Notes: a model not told the origin generated them from the letters alone. A stretch of 64,000 bases of DNA from Gammaproteobacteria bacterium (GCA_965243205.1 CBDEUK010000002.1:1088001-1152000), one strand, 5' to 3'. Positions 32,559-43,646 are shown, numbered from the stretch's first letter. Numbers and translations: made by a program.

Positions 32559-33796
32559 CGAATCGACTCCATCATTTTTTTGAACAGCAATTGAATATTT
32601 TCCTTGCTCACACCTGATACTGCTGTTTTGATAACACCTGCACGGTCGTTTTCATCAACGGATGCTAGCATTAACATCGCATCATATAATTGGTCATATT
32701 TCGCGTAAGCTCGCACGCATGTTGAAGTTCGCCATGAATGATCACTGACTTCAACAAATTCCGTCGTACATTCATAATTACTCACATCATCTTCACTATA
32801 AGCATTATTCAAATCGCGGTGATGGAATCTGTATTCCAAATAATGATAGAACTGAAAACGATTTAACTCATCTGTTGTAACCCATTCGAAATCATAACTG
32901 AATGAGCCCGTGTAATGATTCGGATGAATGTAAATTTCATCTTGTGACTGACAATGTTTATGAACAGCCTTATACAAAATATCTTCTTCATCATCCGTGT
33001 GTCCCCAACACTTTAAAGAATCACTGATTTTATAAGGTACTTTTAATTTCCCTAATTCTGTTAACTTCCATTCTTTAGCAAACAACGCTTTATAAAACTT
33101 ATCCTGATCCTGTAAAATTTCATCCTGTACAACGACTTCAAAATCCTCTGGCTTGCCTTCACTCAAAGTTTTATCAAACAAGGCTTTTAATTCTTTAGCA
33201 GGTACTAAAAAGCTCAACTGCTCTGGCCCTTTTGAAACATTCACGCCAATTACCTTGCCATCTTTATCAAACGCTGGCCCACCGCTCATACCTGCATTTA
33301 ACGAACCTGAAAATAAAATCTTGTGATAACGAGAAGTTTCAAGCAGACCATTATAATTACCTTCAATAATCGTCATGCCTAAGTCATGAGGGTTACCCAT
33401 TGAATAAATACGATCACCATTGGAAAGTAATTGCGTATTTAACTCGAAATAATCTTTTGTTACTGGACTGATTTTTAAAATTGCCAAATCATGAACTACA
33501 TCAATACCTACCAACTCAGCAGGCCCAGTGATATTTTCAAATGATACAAATTCCAGTCGGTACTTATCAGGCTCATGAATAAAATCCGAGACTACATGGT
33601 AATTCGTGCCTAAATAACCATCTGCAGTTAACTGAAAACCAGAACCAATGGATGACTTATCACCCGACCCTTTATCAATCATGCGGATTTGATATACCTG
33701 ATCCTGTACTTGATTGAATAAGGAACTGGCAGTGCCTTCACAAAAAGATTTTGTATTGAACAATACAAGGACTAATAAGATTATTTTTTTATACAT
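32546..33796 (-). CDS. Secreted trypsin-like (S1) serine protease with Cys-rich C-terminal domain
   Basis: Signal peptide; intact triad TNYHVV / HDLAIL / GMSGGP; no PDZ domain. Confidence 0.88.
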   Translation of the reverse strand: MYKKIILLVLVLFNTKSFCEGTASSLFNQVQDQVYQIRMIDKGSGDKSSIGSGFQLTADGYLGTNYHVVSDFIHEPDKYRLEFVSFENITGPAELVGIDVVHDLAILKISPVTKDYFELNTQLLSNGDRIYSMGNPHDLGMTIIEGNYNGLLETSRYHKILFSGSLNAGMSGGPAFDKDGKVIGVNVSKGPEQLSFLVPAKELKALFDKTLSEGKPEDFEVVVQDEILQDQDKFYKALFAKEWKLTELGKLKVPYKISDSLKCWGHTDDEEDILYKAVHKHCQSQDEIYIHPNHYTGSFSYDFEWVTTDELNRFQFYHYLEYRFHHRDLNNAYSEDDVSNYECTTEFVEVSDHSWRTSTCVRAYAKYDQLYDAMLMLASVDENDRAGVIKTAVSGVSKENIQLLFKKMMESIRWIP

Positions 33797-33844
33797 AATA
33801 CAAACAGTCTAAATTATTTTTATAAAAAATACTTTTAATTTATC

Positions 33845-33880
33845 TGTTCATTTTCTTTACTTGTCCAAAGAAAATGAACA
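33845..33880. repeat. Solo hairpin related to the termini of the 24830-25227 element
   Basis: TGTTCATTTTCTTT-ACTTGTCC-AAAGAAAATGAACA; shares the CTTGTC loop with the right terminus. Confidence 0.6.
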
Positions 33881-33935
33881 AATAAATTTTAAATAAAATA
33901 TATTAATAAGAATCCCTCTTAATTTAAAAACCGTT

Positions 33936-35072
33936 TTAGTCGGTCATACTATCAAAAAACCTTTTAACCCCATCCAACCACGAAGTAGCTTGTGGACTAT
34001 GCTTAGTCCCACCTTCACTCATGGTCTCTTCAAACTCTTGTAGTAACTCTTTTTGACGACGTGATAAACGTACAGGCGTTTCTACTATGGCACGGCACAT
34101 TAGATCACCTTTGGATGTGGAACGCACAGTCCCTACACCTTTACCACGTAAGCGAAATAACTTACCTGATTGTGTTTCGGCTGGGATTTTTAATTTAACA
34201 CGGCCATCTAAAGTCGGAACTTCGAGTTCACCGCCTAACGCTGCAGTCGTAAAGCTAATAGGTACATCGCAATACAAGTCATTACTATCACGAGTGAAAA
34301 TAGGATGGTCTTTAACAATGACATGTACGTATAAGTCACCCGCTGGCCCACCGTTTTCGCCAGCTTCACCTTCGCCTGATAAACGAATGCGATCACCTGT
34401 ATCGACACCCGCTGGTACTTTAACGGAAATGGTTTTGTTATCCTGGATGCGACCTTTACCATGACAGGTATTACAAGGGTCTTTAATGATTTTGCCTTGG
34501 CCGCGGCATTGAGGACAAGTTTGTTGAACAGAGAAGAAACCTTGTTGCATGCGCACTTGGCCTACGCCATTACAGGTAGGACAATCAACAGGAGTAGAAC
34601 CTTTCTTGGCACCTGAGCCATTACAAGTATGGCAACTAACCATTTTCGGCACGCGGATTTTAATGGTAGCACCATTGACAGCGTCTTCTAATGACATCTC
34701 TAGGTCATAACGTAAGTCAGCACCACGATACACACGTTCACCGCCTCGACCACCCATACCACCACCAAAAATGTCTCCAAACACAGTATCGAAGATATCA
34801 CCAAAACCCGCACCTCCCGCGCCAGGACCACCTGCACCCGCTGAATTACTAACAGCATCGTGACCAAACTGATCATAGGCTTGGCGTTTTTGTGCATCCG
34901 ATAAAACATCATAAGCCTCTTTAGCTTCTTTGAATTTTACTTCGGCTTCTTCATTACCTTGATTGCGATCAGGATGGTATTTCATCGCGAGACGTCGATA
35001 CGCTTTTTTTAGTTCATCATCATTGGCGCCTTTTTGCACACCTAAGACATCGTAATAATCACGTTTTGCCAT
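33936..35072 (-). CDS. dnaJ: Chaperone DnaJ
   Basis: HPD J-domain, G/F region, four CxxCxGxG repeats. Confidence 0.98.
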   Translation of the reverse strand: MAKRDYYDVLGVQKGANDDELKKAYRRLAMKYHPDRNQGNEEAEVKFKEAKEAYDVLSDAQKRQAYDQFGHDAVSNSAGAGGPGAGGAGFGDIFDTVFGDIFGGGMGGRGGERVYRGADLRYDLEMSLEDAVNGATIKIRVPKMVSCHTCNGSGAKKGSTPVDCPTCNGVGQVRMQQGFFSVQQTCPQCRGQGKIIKDPCNTCHGKGRIQDNKTISVKVPAGVDTGDRIRLSGEGEAGENGGPAGDLYVHVIVKDHPIFTRDSNDLYCDVPISFTTAALGGELEVPTLDGRVKLKIPAETQSGKLFRLRGKGVGTVRSTSKGDLMCRAIVETPVRLSRRQKELLQEFEETMSEGGTKHSPQATSWLDGVKRFFDSMTD

Positions 35073-35132
35073 GTTTTTATATCAACCTAATCTTTTTATT
35101 TTTTATAAACGGTACAAACTTTTTATACAACG

Positions 35133-35163
35133 AACCCGGGAAGTGTAAAACGCTCCCCGGGTT
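35133..35163. other. Intergenic stem-loop between dnaK and dnaJ
   Basis: AACCCGGG...CCCGGGTT inverted repeat. Confidence 0.55.
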
Positions 35164-35190
35164 ATTCATTAACAACAAAAAAATAATAAA

Positions 35191-37131
35191 TTATTTTTTA
35201 TCGTCGTCGACTTCTTCAAACTCCGCATCAACAACATCATCCGCAGTCGAGGCAGTGCTTTCAGCGTTAAGGTCTTCAGGATTAATATCTGGAGCGCCAT
35301 CACCTTCTGCAGCTGCTTTTTGATAAGCACGTTCAGCTAGCTTACCTGCTGCTTCGGTTAAGACTTTAACCTTATCTTCAATCGCTTCTTTGTTATCGCC
35401 TTTTAAGGCTTCTTCAACATCAGCAATCGCCGCTTCGATATCTTTCTTTTCTTGCTCTTCCACTTCATCAGCAAGTTCTTCTAAAGACTTCTTGGTTGCA
35501 TGCACCATGTTTTCGGCTGAGTTACGAACATCGATCAACTCTTTCGCTTTGCGATCTTCTTCCGCGTGTGCTTCCGCATCTTTGATCATGTTGTCAACTT
35601 CTTCATCCGATAAACCACTTGACGCTTTAATCACAATCGACTGTTCTTTACCAGTGGCTTTGTCTTTCGCTGATACATTCAAAATACCATTGGCATCGAT
35701 ATCAAACGCGACTTCAATTTGCGGTACACCGCGTGGCGCAGGAGGAATATCACCTAAGTCAAAACGACCTAATGATTTATTACCCGCCGCCATTTCACGT
35801 TCACCTTGTAGTACATGAACGGTTACTGCAGTTTGATTATCTTCTGCCGTTGAGAAAGTTTGTTCAGCTTTGGTTGGAATCGTGGTGTTCTTATCAATTA
35901 GCTTGGTCATAACACCACCCATCGTTTCAATACCCAGTGAAAGCGGCGTGACGTCTAATAATAAGACGTCTTTTACATCGCCACCTAATACACCTGCTTG
36001 AATCGCTGCACCCATTGCGACGGCTTCGTCTGGGTTCACATCTTTACGTGGTTCTTGACCAAAGAATTCTTGCACCTTGGCTTGAACCATTGGCATACGT
36101 GTTTGACCACCGACTAAGATCACATCTGTAATATCAGTGGTGCCTAAACCTGCATCTTGTAAAGCGACACGACACGGGTCGATAGTACGTGAGACTAAAT
36201 CTTCGACTAACGATTCTAATTTCGCACGTGACAGTTTGATATTTAAATGTTTAGGGCCTGAAGCATCCGCAGTAATATATGGTAAGTTCACATCGGTCTG
36301 TGAGCTTGAAGATAATTCGATCTTCGCTTTCTCTGCAGCTTCTTTTAAACGTTGTAATGCAAGTGGATCGTTTTTAAGGTCAACACTTTGGTCTTTCTTA
36401 AATTCATCACACAAGTAGTCGATGATGCGTAAGTCAAAGTCTTCACCGCCTAAGAAAGTATCACCATTGGTAGATAATACTTCAAATTGGTGTTCGCCAT
36501 CGATCTCAGCAATTTCAATAATGGATACATCAAACGTACCACCACCTAAGTCATAGACTGCAATCTTGGCATCGCCACGTTGCTTGTCCATACCATAAGC
36601 CAATGCCGCAGCAGTAGGCTCGTTAATAATACGTTTTACATCAAGACCAGCAATCTTACCTGCATCTTTAGTTGCTTGACGTTGTGAATCATTAAAGTAA
36701 GCAGGTACGGTAATGACAGCTTCTGTTACTTCTTCGCCTAAGTAGTCTTCGGCGGTTTGTTTCATTTTCATAAGTACACGTGCAGAGACTTCAGGTGCAG
36801 CCATTTTTTTGCCGTTAACTTCTACCCATGCATCGCCGTTATCCGCTTTAACGATTTTATAAGGGACTAACTCAATGTCTTTTTGTACCGCGTCTTCTTC
36901 AAAGCGACGACCGATTAAACGCTTAACAGCATACAATGTGTTATCTGGGTTAGTAACCGACTGTCGTTTTGCCGATTGACCAACTAAGACTTCATCGCCA
37001 TCTGAAAAAGCCACAATCGAAGGAGTTGTTCTTGCGCCTTCGCTATTCTCAATGACTTTTGCTTTGCCACCTTCTAGCACAGCTACGCAAGAGTTAGTGG
37101 TACCTAAGTCGATTCCAATAATTTTGCCCAT
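35191..37131 (-). CDS. dnaK: Chaperone DnaK
   Basis: [14 protein letters not shown] (ATG at 37131 after GGAG), DLGGGTFD, C-terminal DAEFEEV. Confidence 0.98.
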   Translation of the reverse strand: MGKIIGIDLGTTNSCVAVLEGGKAKVIENSEGARTTPSIVAFSDGDEVLVGQSAKRQSVTNPDNTLYAVKRLIGRRFEEDAVQKDIELVPYKIVKADNGDAWVEVNGKKMAAPEVSARVLMKMKQTAEDYLGEEVTEAVITVPAYFNDSQRQATKDAGKIAGLDVKRIINEPTAAALAYGMDKQRGDAKIAVYDLGGGTFDVSIIEIAEIDGEHQFEVLSTNGDTFLGGEDFDLRIIDYLCDEFKKDQSVDLKNDPLALQRLKEAAEKAKIELSSSSQTDVNLPYITADASGPKHLNIKLSRAKLESLVEDLVSRTIDPCRVALQDAGLGTTDITDVILVGGQTRMPMVQAKVQEFFGQEPRKDVNPDEAVAMGAAIQAGVLGGDVKDVLLLDVTPLSLGIETMGGVMTKLIDKNTTIPTKAEQTFSTAEDNQTAVTVHVLQGEREMAAGNKSLGRFDLGDIPPAPRGVPQIEVAFDIDANGILNVSAKDKATGKEQSIVIKASSGLSDEEVDNMIKDAEAHAEEDRKAKELIDVRNSAENMVHATKKSLEELADEVEEQEKKDIEAAIADVEEALKGDNKEAIEDKVKVLTEAAGKLAERAYQKAAAEGDGAPDINPEDLNAESTASTADDVVDAEFEEVDDDKK

Positions 37132-37195
37132 GATGTTGTTCTCCAAAATACCTATCTATTTAATATGTTTAATTTAAAAAAATCTTAATGTTCAA

Positions 37196-37221
37196 ATGGG
37201 GTTGCAGGCCATTTTTTCAAG
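37196..37221 (-). promoter_or_regulatory. Sigma32 promoter of dnaK
   Basis: CTTGAA-N14-CCCCAT. Confidence 0.9.
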
Positions 37222-37230
37222 TAACTATAC

Positions 37231-37854
37231 TTATTTCGCAACCGCAACCATTGCTGGCCGGATCAAACGACCATTGAGTTCATAACCTTTTTGCATAACG
37301 GCTGTAACAGTGCCAGATTCCGCGCCTTCGAGTTCTTGCATAGAAACCGCCTCATGGAATTCTGGGTTAAATTTTTCACCTTGAGGATTCACTTCGTGAA
37401 TACCAAATTTTTCCATCACTGAACTAAATTGTTTTAAGGTCAAATCCATGCCTTCACGCAGGCTTTCAATATCTTCAGCACTGCTGGCAGCATTCATACC
37501 AAGCTCCATACTGTCGAGTACGGGTAGTAAATCGTTGAGAAATTTTTCTAGGGCATACTTGTGGGCGTTTTCTACGTCGCGAGTTGCACGCTTACGCACA
37601 TTATCGAGTTCGGCCTGAGCTCGCATCGCCTTATCAAGATTATCTTTAACCTGCTGTTCTAAAACGGTGATTTGATTTTGTAAGCCATCGATATCATTAA
37701 TAGGTACTTCCGTACTATTTTGGCTTTCTTTAGTGGCCTCATCGCTAGACATTTTTTCTACTTCATCAAATGCTTGCGCCTGGTCGGTGTTTTTTTTGTT
37801 ATTTTTTTCATCATCCAGTTGTTCTGGCTGAACAATCTCGTCTTTATCAGACAT
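37231..37854 (-). CDS. grpE: Nucleotide exchange factor GrpE
   Basis: RAQAELDNVRKR, FNPEFHEA, QKGYELNGRLIRPAMV. Confidence 0.97.
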   Translation of the reverse strand: MSDKDEIVQPEQLDDEKNNKKNTDQAQAFDEVEKMSSDEATKESQNSTEVPINDIDGLQNQITVLEQQVKDNLDKAMRAQAELDNVRKRATRDVENAHKYALEKFLNDLLPVLDSMELGMNAASSAEDIESLREGMDLTLKQFSSVMEKFGIHEVNPQGEKFNPEFHEAVSMQELEGAESGTVTAVMQKGYELNGRLIRPAMVAVAK

Positions 37855-37904
37855 ATTTACCCTCTAACTTATTGAAATGTAGATAAAAAATATTTTGAGG
37901 GTAT

Positions 37905-37930
37905 ATGGGGATTAATTATTAGATTTCAAG
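37905..37930 (-). promoter_or_regulatory. Sigma32 promoter of grpE (overlaps the end of hrcA)
   Basis: CTTGAA-N14-CCCCAT. Confidence 0.88.
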
Positions 37931-38973
37931 ACCTGACCTAACATTTTTGCTGTGACATCAACAATGGGAATCACTCGATCATAATTCATACGGGTAGGAC
38001 CAATCACACCGAGTACACCGAGGATTTCGCCATCACTGGATTCGTAAGGAGACGTGATCACACTGCAATCATCGAATACATCATAACCAGACTCTTCGCC
38101 GATAAAAATTTTCACACCGCGAGCATGAATGGATTGTTCTAATAAATGCAGAATATCGCGCTTTTGATTGAAGCTTTCAAACAGACGTCGAAGCTTTTCG
38201 ACATCACTTAATTCACCAACCCCCATAAGATTGGTCTGACCACTCAAGACATAATCATCATTGGCTGCACTATGGCTACTTAAAAAAGCTTGTTGAGCGA
38301 CTTCAATCGCCATTTGCATCAAATCATTCACATCTCTTTTCATCGTTTCCAAATCTTTAATGATCTGACTACGAATGGTTTCTAATGATTTGCCAATGAA
38401 TTTTTCATTTAGATAATTGGCAGCTTGTTGTAATTCTGAAGCAGAATATTTTCTTGCAGTATTAATTACGCGATTTTGCACATCATTATCATTGGCCACC
38501 ATAATCACTAAAATACGATGATCGGATAAAGCCACGAACTCAATATGTTCAATAGCATTGTGCTCTGCCCTTGGTAACATCACTACACTGGCTAAACTAG
38601 TGATTTCAGACAATGCTTCGGAGGCCTTAGACATCAAAGTTTGCTTGTCTTGGGTAATATCTAACTGTTCCGAAATCCGCAATATTTCAGCTTCGGAAAG
38701 TTGTTTTGTCTTTAATAATGTATCTACAAACAGTCGGTAGCCTTTGACAGTAGGTACTCGACCAGCTGAGGTATGGGGAGAAGCGATTAAACCGATATCT
38801 TCTAGATCCGACATGACATTGCGAATGGTCGCCGAACTTAAATCCAGATCGCTATCTCGAGCAAGGGTTCTGGAACCCACTGGTTGCCCATCTTCGATGA
38901 AATGCTCAACTAACGCTTTGAACAAATGTAAGCTGCGTTCATTAAGCAGATTTTGATTATTCTTTTTAACCAT
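37912..38973 (-). CDS. hrcA: Heat-inducible transcription repressor HrcA
   Basis: PVGSRTL, SSATIRNVMSDLE, PHTSAGRVPT, GVIGPTRMNY. Confidence 0.97.
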   Translation of the reverse strand: MVKKNNQNLLNERSLHLFKALVEHFIEDGQPVGSRTLARDSDLDLSSATIRNVMSDLEDIGLIASPHTSAGRVPTVKGYRLFVDTLLKTKQLSEAEILRISEQLDITQDKQTLMSKASEALSEITSLASVVMLPRAEHNAIEHIEFVALSDHRILVIMVANDNDVQNRVINTARKYSASELQQAANYLNEKFIGKSLETIRSQIIKDLETMKRDVNDLMQMAIEVAQQAFLSSHSAANDDYVLSGQTNLMGVGELSDVEKLRRLFESFNQKRDILHLLEQSIHARGVKIFIGEESGYDVFDDCSVITSPYESSDGEILGVLGVIGPTRMNYDRVIPIVDVTAKMLGQVLKSNN

Positions 38974-39004
38974 AGATGTCTAATCGACCAATCGTGAATT
39001 CAAT

Positions 39005-39031
39005 TTAGCACTCTATGCTATTGAGTGCAAA
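39005..39031. promoter_or_regulatory. CIRCE operator upstream of hrcA
   Basis: TTAGCACTC-N9-GAGTGCAAA, one mismatch to consensus. Confidence 0.92.
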
Positions 39032-39099
39032 AACCGATTTGGTGATTGTGAACGGTCATGATAACGTTGCTATCATTATAATGAATCTTCTAGTTAGCC

Positions 39100-39966
39100 A
39101 TGTTTCATAGAATTGGATTAATTGCTTCTAAACGCTTAGGCAATGGCGTCCGTGACACCTTAATTCAGACCACAGAATTACTCCGAAAACGCTCTGTAGA
39201 AATTGTATTTTGCAAAGACTGTGCGGAAATCTTGGGCGAACCTGATGTAGAAGTTCAGGAAATACCGGACTTTGGTAAGAACTTAGACTTAGTCATTGCC
39301 ATTGGCGGTGATGGCACTATTCTGAACGCCGCACGCATTATTCAAAATAATCCTGTGCCATTACTTGGTATCAATCGTGGCACCTTAGGTTTTTTAGCCG
39401 ATGTACCTGCCGATCGAGTTGAAGAGGAATTAAGCAAAATTCTCGATGGCGAATTTGTTGAAGACAAACGTTTTATGTTGCATGGTGAAGTTTATCGCGG
39501 GAATGACTTACTGGTTAGTAGCAATGCCTTTAATGATATTGTGGTGCAAAAGTGGAACATTGCGCGCTTAGTACAGTTCGATACCTTCATTGACGGTGAA
39601 TTCTTATTGACTCAACGATCTGATGGCATGATCGTTTCAAGCCCGACCGGTTCAACCGCTTATGCCTTATCTGGTGGCGGGCCAATTTTGAATCCTTCCA
39701 TCGATGCGATGTTATTGGTACCTATTTGCCCTCACACATTGAGTGTACGCCCTGTGGTCATTCATTGTGATAGTAAGATTGAGATCATTCTAGGTAAGCG
39801 TAAAATTGATCAGGCAGGTTTAACTTTTGATGGCGATATTCTAGCTGAACTAGAACCAGAAGATCGAATTATCATTCAAAAATCGAAACAAGCGGTGAAA
39901 TTAATTCATCCGATTAATCATAATCATTTTAGTATCCTTCGAGCCAAATTAGGTTGGGGTTTATAA
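39100..39966 (+). CDS. nadK: NAD kinase
   Basis: GGDGT, GTLGFL, ND, SPTGSTAYALSGGGP. Confidence 0.96.
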   Translation: MFHRIGLIASKRLGNGVRDTLIQTTELLRKRSVEIVFCKDCAEILGEPDVEVQEIPDFGKNLDLVIAIGGDGTILNAARIIQNNPVPLLGINRGTLGFLADVPADRVEEELSKILDGEFVEDKRFMLHGEVYRGNDLLVSSNAFNDIVVQKWNIARLVQFDTFIDGEFLLTQRSDGMIVSSPTGSTAYALSGGGPILNPSIDAMLLVPICPHTLSVRPVVIHCDSKIEIILGKRKIDQAGLTFDGDILAELEPEDRIIIQKSKQAVKLIHPINHNHFSILRAKLGWGL

Positions 39967-41646
39967 ATGCTAGCTGAATTACATATTCGCGACTTTGCTG
40001 TAATTGAAAGTTTGGATATTGAATTTACTAATGGTATGACCGTGTTCACAGGTGAAACGGGTGCTGGAAAATCCATTATTGTTGATGCAATGGGCTTAAT
40101 ATTGGGTGAACGCTCTGATTCTAGTGTGATTCGTGCCGAGCAAGATAAAACGGAAATCTCCGCTCGCTTCACAGTAAATGAAGGTTCTGAATTAATTAAA
40201 ATTCTTCAAGCTCAAGAGATTGAGATCGATGATGAGGTCTTTGTTCGCCGTGTTATCAATCAAGACGGTCGTTCAAAAGCCTTTGTTAATGGAACACCTA
40301 CTCCGATTCAATTCTTAAAAACCATTGCAGCGCACCTTGTTGATATTCATGGCCAACATGCACACCAATCTTTATTACGCAAAGATTCACAACGTGATTT
40401 GCTTGATACATTTTCTAAACATCCAGGGCTAATTAAAAAAGTAAATGATCACTATCAATTATGGGTTGAGATACAAAGACAATTAAATCAACTTACAAAC
40501 AACGATGATAGCCGTGAAGCACAACTGAATTTACTAAAATATCAAGTTGAGGAATTACAGGCCTTAGCACTTAAAGAAAATGAATACCAAGAATTATACC
40601 TTGAGTTTAAGCGTTTAAATAATGCTACTTCATTATTACAAACCGTACAAAATGCGATCGATGCAGTCAGTGAATCAGATGAATCGATCTTATCGATGAT
40701 TCATCATCATAAACAAGCATTAGAAAACTTAACCGACAACGACTCATCGTTAAAAAATATTATCGAATATTTAGACATCGCTATTATTCAGTTAGAAGAA
40801 GCATGCCAGGAATCTCGTACTTATATTGATCAAGTTGAGATTAATCCTGAAAAAATGTCCAGCATTGAAAATCGAATCACAGATATACACGAAACTGCTC
40901 GTAAGCATCATATTCAGCCACAAGAATTAGAAGAACATTTTGAAAAATTAAAATCTCAGCTAGAAACACTTGAAGGTGGAGAAGCAAGATATCAAGAATT
41001 AATGTCGTTATCAGAAAAGGCTAAAACAGCTTATCATAAAGCGGCTGACGAACTGCATATCGCAAGAGAATTACAAGCTAAAAAATTAGACCAAGCTATT
41101 GTCTTGAAACTACAACAACTGGGTATGGCAGGTGGTCGATTTGAAACTCAAATTAGCTATGATAGTGAAGCCGATCCACAAAAACATGGCTTGGATAAAA
41201 TTGAATTTTTAGTCAGTGCTAATCCTGGGCAACCTTTAAAACCAATCGGACGAGTCGCATCAGGTGGAGAATTATCTCGCATATCGTTAGCCATACAAGT
41301 TGTAAATCGAGAAGATAATAGAATACCTACTTATGTTTTTGATGAGGTCGATGCAGGGATTGGTGGAAACACCGCCGATATCGTAGGACAGTTATTACAC
41401 AGTTTAACTGAGTCTAATCAAATTTTTTGCGTCACCCATCTTCCGCAAGTAGCTTGTTATGGTGACCAACATTTTTATGTTAAGAAAATCACTGCCAATG
41501 ATTCTACGCATACTGAGTTAATAGAACTCGAAGAAAAAGCGAGAGTTTCTGAAATAGCCCGGATGTTAGGTGGTGAATTAACTGATAAAAGTTTAGCTCA
41601 CGCTACGGAAATGTTAGCTAGCAAAAAACGCGTAACAGCTGCATAA
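39967..41646 (+). CDS. recN: DNA repair protein RecN
   Basis: TGETGAGKS, IHGQH, ASGGELSR, FDEVDAG, THLPQVA. Confidence 0.97.
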   Translation: MLAELHIRDFAVIESLDIEFTNGMTVFTGETGAGKSIIVDAMGLILGERSDSSVIRAEQDKTEISARFTVNEGSELIKILQAQEIEIDDEVFVRRVINQDGRSKAFVNGTPTPIQFLKTIAAHLVDIHGQHAHQSLLRKDSQRDLLDTFSKHPGLIKKVNDHYQLWVEIQRQLNQLTNNDDSREAQLNLLKYQVEELQALALKENEYQELYLEFKRLNNATSLLQTVQNAIDAVSESDESILSMIHHHKQALENLTDNDSSLKNIIEYLDIAIIQLEEACQESRTYIDQVEINPEKMSSIENRITDIHETARKHHIQPQELEEHFEKLKSQLETLEGGEARYQELMSLSEKAKTAYHKAADELHIARELQAKKLDQAIVLKLQQLGMAGGRFETQISYDSEADPQKHGLDKIEFLVSANPGQPLKPIGRVASGGELSRISLAIQVVNREDNRIPTYVFDEVDAGIGGNTADIVGQLLHSLTESNQIFCVTHLPQVACYGDQHFYVKKITANDSTHTELIELEEKARVSEIARMLGGELTDKSLAHATEMLASKKRVTAA

Positions 41647-41650
41647 AAAC

Positions 41651-42307
41651 TTATTTCAAACGCCGACTTAATATCATTATCAAGACAGGCATTAGCACTA
41701 AAGACATAATTGTTGCCGGTAGTAAATGAAATAATAAATTATGATGTGCTTCATACATACAAGCATACTGCATGATAAAAGCAGGAATAAACATTGACGA
41801 AACAGCGATGAAAACCGCTGAAATAATAGGCTTTGTAGTGTATCTACGATAAACGAAAAAAGTCATAAATCCAGCTAAAGGAATACCATACAACATAATT
41901 TCAAGAAAACATAAGTCGCGTTTACCTACCATTGAACCTGGCAATACGGGTTCTGATAAACCTGAAACAATTATTCCAATCCAAACAAAAAATGAAGTTA
42001 TAGCTACCCATCGAAAATTGTAAGAAAGCCCTGGTATACTAGAATAAAACGCACAACAAGCTAATAATATGATAGCTATAAAACCAAATATTGTTTCGCT
42101 CATGAATAATGGCGACTCAAATATTTGCTGTATAAAATTTTCTCTAAAAGGTTCAATCCAATACATAATAATAGCTGTTAATAAAAAACAAACGATAAAC
42201 CATATAGCCATCAAACTTGGTATTGATAAAATCCTAGGTTGATGATTATCAATATCGGAAGTTAGTTCTTGTATTAACTGCTGATGTTTAATATCTGATT
42301 TATTCAT
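41651..42307 (-). CDS. NrsF/DUF1109-family anti-sigma factor
   Basis: About six TM helices with the two characteristic Cys (DLCF; YAC...HHNLLFH); overlaps the sigma factor stop. Confidence 0.8.
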   Translation of the reverse strand: MNKSDIKHQQLIQELTSDIDNHQPRILSIPSLMAIWFIVCFLLTAIIMYWIEPFRENFIQQIFESPLFMSETIFGFIAIILLACCAFYSSIPGLSYNFRWVAITSFFVWIGIIVSGLSEPVLPGSMVGKRDLCFLEIMLYGIPLAGFMTFFVYRRYTTKPIISAVFIAVSSMFIPAFIMQYACMYEAHHNLLFHLLPATIMSLVLMPVLIMILSRRLK

Positions 42308-42855
42308 ATACTGTTTGCTTGAAGTAAGTTTTTCGTTTTAGAAATAGCTCGTTTAACTCTTTGCTTTACTGCCGATTGAGAGATATTTAAACGCTCAGCA
42401 GTTTCCTCTACACTAAAACCCATAAATTTAGTACATAATAAAACTTCACTATATGTTCTTGGAATTTTATTTAACAATTGCATACCCGCTAAATGATCAT
42501 CGATAGAATAATTGTTTGTATTTTGTTGTAGTTCATTCTGCACAAATAAGTCTTCTATATCATAGGTTTCATATTCAGTATTATATTTTCTTAAGACATC
42601 AATCGTTTTATATTTTACTAAAGCATTCATCCAAGGTTTAAAAGGTCTTTCATGATTATAAGTATGACGAGCTTTATGAATAGCTATTAAAGATTCCTGA
42701 ACACAGTCGTCAATAAATGCAGCTTGACCAAACTGACGGCAAAGATATGCATTAATGACCTTTGACAACTCACAAAGCAGTTGATGATAAGCTTCCTCAT
42801 CACCTTTTTGAGTACGATGCATTAAATTAGACCAACGTTGTTCGTCGTCCACCAT
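42304..42855 (-). CDS. ECF sigma factor (SigF/ECF16-like)
   Basis: WSNLM...GDEEAY, DCVQESLIAIHKARHTY...RPFKPW; region 4 HTH. Confidence 0.9.
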   Translation of the reverse strand: MVDDEQRWSNLMHRTQKGDEEAYHQLLCELSKVINAYLCRQFGQAAFIDDCVQESLIAIHKARHTYNHERPFKPWMNALVKYKTIDVLRKYNTEYETYDIEDLFVQNELQQNTNNYSIDDHLAGMQLLNKIPRTYSEVLLCTKFMGFSVEETAERLNISQSAVKQRVKRAISKTKNLLQANSI

Positions 42856-42890
42856 GACCCTAAGATTTTTTTATAATATGAAATAAATAG

Positions 42891-42920
42891 TTTCTCGATC
42901 TAAAAAACTAGATCGAGAAA
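42891..42920. other. Perfect 12-bp stem-loop between the spondin gene and the sigma factor
   Basis: TTTCTCGATCTA-AAAAAC-TAGATCGAGAAA. Confidence 0.6.
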
Positions 42921-42944
42921 TCATTATTTAAAATAATTTATTTT

Positions 42945-43646
42945 TTAATAAACTCTTCTGACAACCACTTTTGCTACAGGGTTCCGCCAGTCATAAGTAA
43001 AAGGACCTAAAATCTCGTTGCCATCTTCATCCACATCACCTAAATCGTGAAAACCATTACTGATATGAACAAAGCCTTCATCGTTATCAGCAGGTGCAGA
43101 AACTGCTTCACCACCACAACGCGGCCCAGGAATATTGATACATAACTGGTCATTGAATTCAGAACCCGCATCATATGCTTGTAAATAGAATGTTCGAGAA
43201 CCAAAGCGAGGTAATCTAGCAGAATCTAATGCTACAAATGTATCATTGGTTGGGATTAACATTGCTCCAACGCTCAAACGATTGGTTCTGCGTGTAGTTT
43301 GCAAAATGGTTGAAGCTGACTGACCTGGTGCGAGTAAACCAGCAATCGTTTGCACATCGCTAACTCGGCGACCTAATGATGCCAATACATTAGTTAATGG
43401 TTCGGTATTCCCGGCCTCAGCTAAAATAGCTAACTCCTCACTAGCTGGCGCACCCAGTTCAAACAAAGCAACATTTGCACGATGGGAAACAACCAATTGA
43501 GGGGTGAAAGTTTGCCCTTTCGTGATATTCGTTATAGTAACTTCATAACCACGTGAATAATTATAATCATCATCCGCATGTGCTGTAGAAATAGACAAAG
43601 AAACGCCGAAAGTAATCGCGACGAGAGACTTCAATAATGCTTGCAT
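42945..43646 (-). CDS. Secreted spondin_N-domain protein
   Basis: Signal peptide; YEVTITNIT, LAEAGN, MLIPTNDTF and YDAGSE motifs; CINIPGPRC loop. Confidence 0.85.
   Translation of the reverse strand: MQALLKSLVAITFGVSLSISTAHADDDYNYSRGYEVTITNITKGQTFTPQLVVSHRANVALFELGAPASEELAILAEAGNTEPLTNVLASLGRRVSDVQTIAGLLAPGQSASTILQTTRRTNRLSVGAMLIPTNDTFVALDSARLPRFGSRTFYLQAYDAGSEFNDQLCINIPGPRCGGEAVSAPADNDEGFVHISNGFHDLGDVDEDGNEILGPFTYDWRNPVAKVVVRRVY

Noticed and set aside
37132-37146. dnaK N-terminal extension MENNI from a TTG start
   Set aside because: That sequence contains the GGAG RBS for the ATG at 37131.
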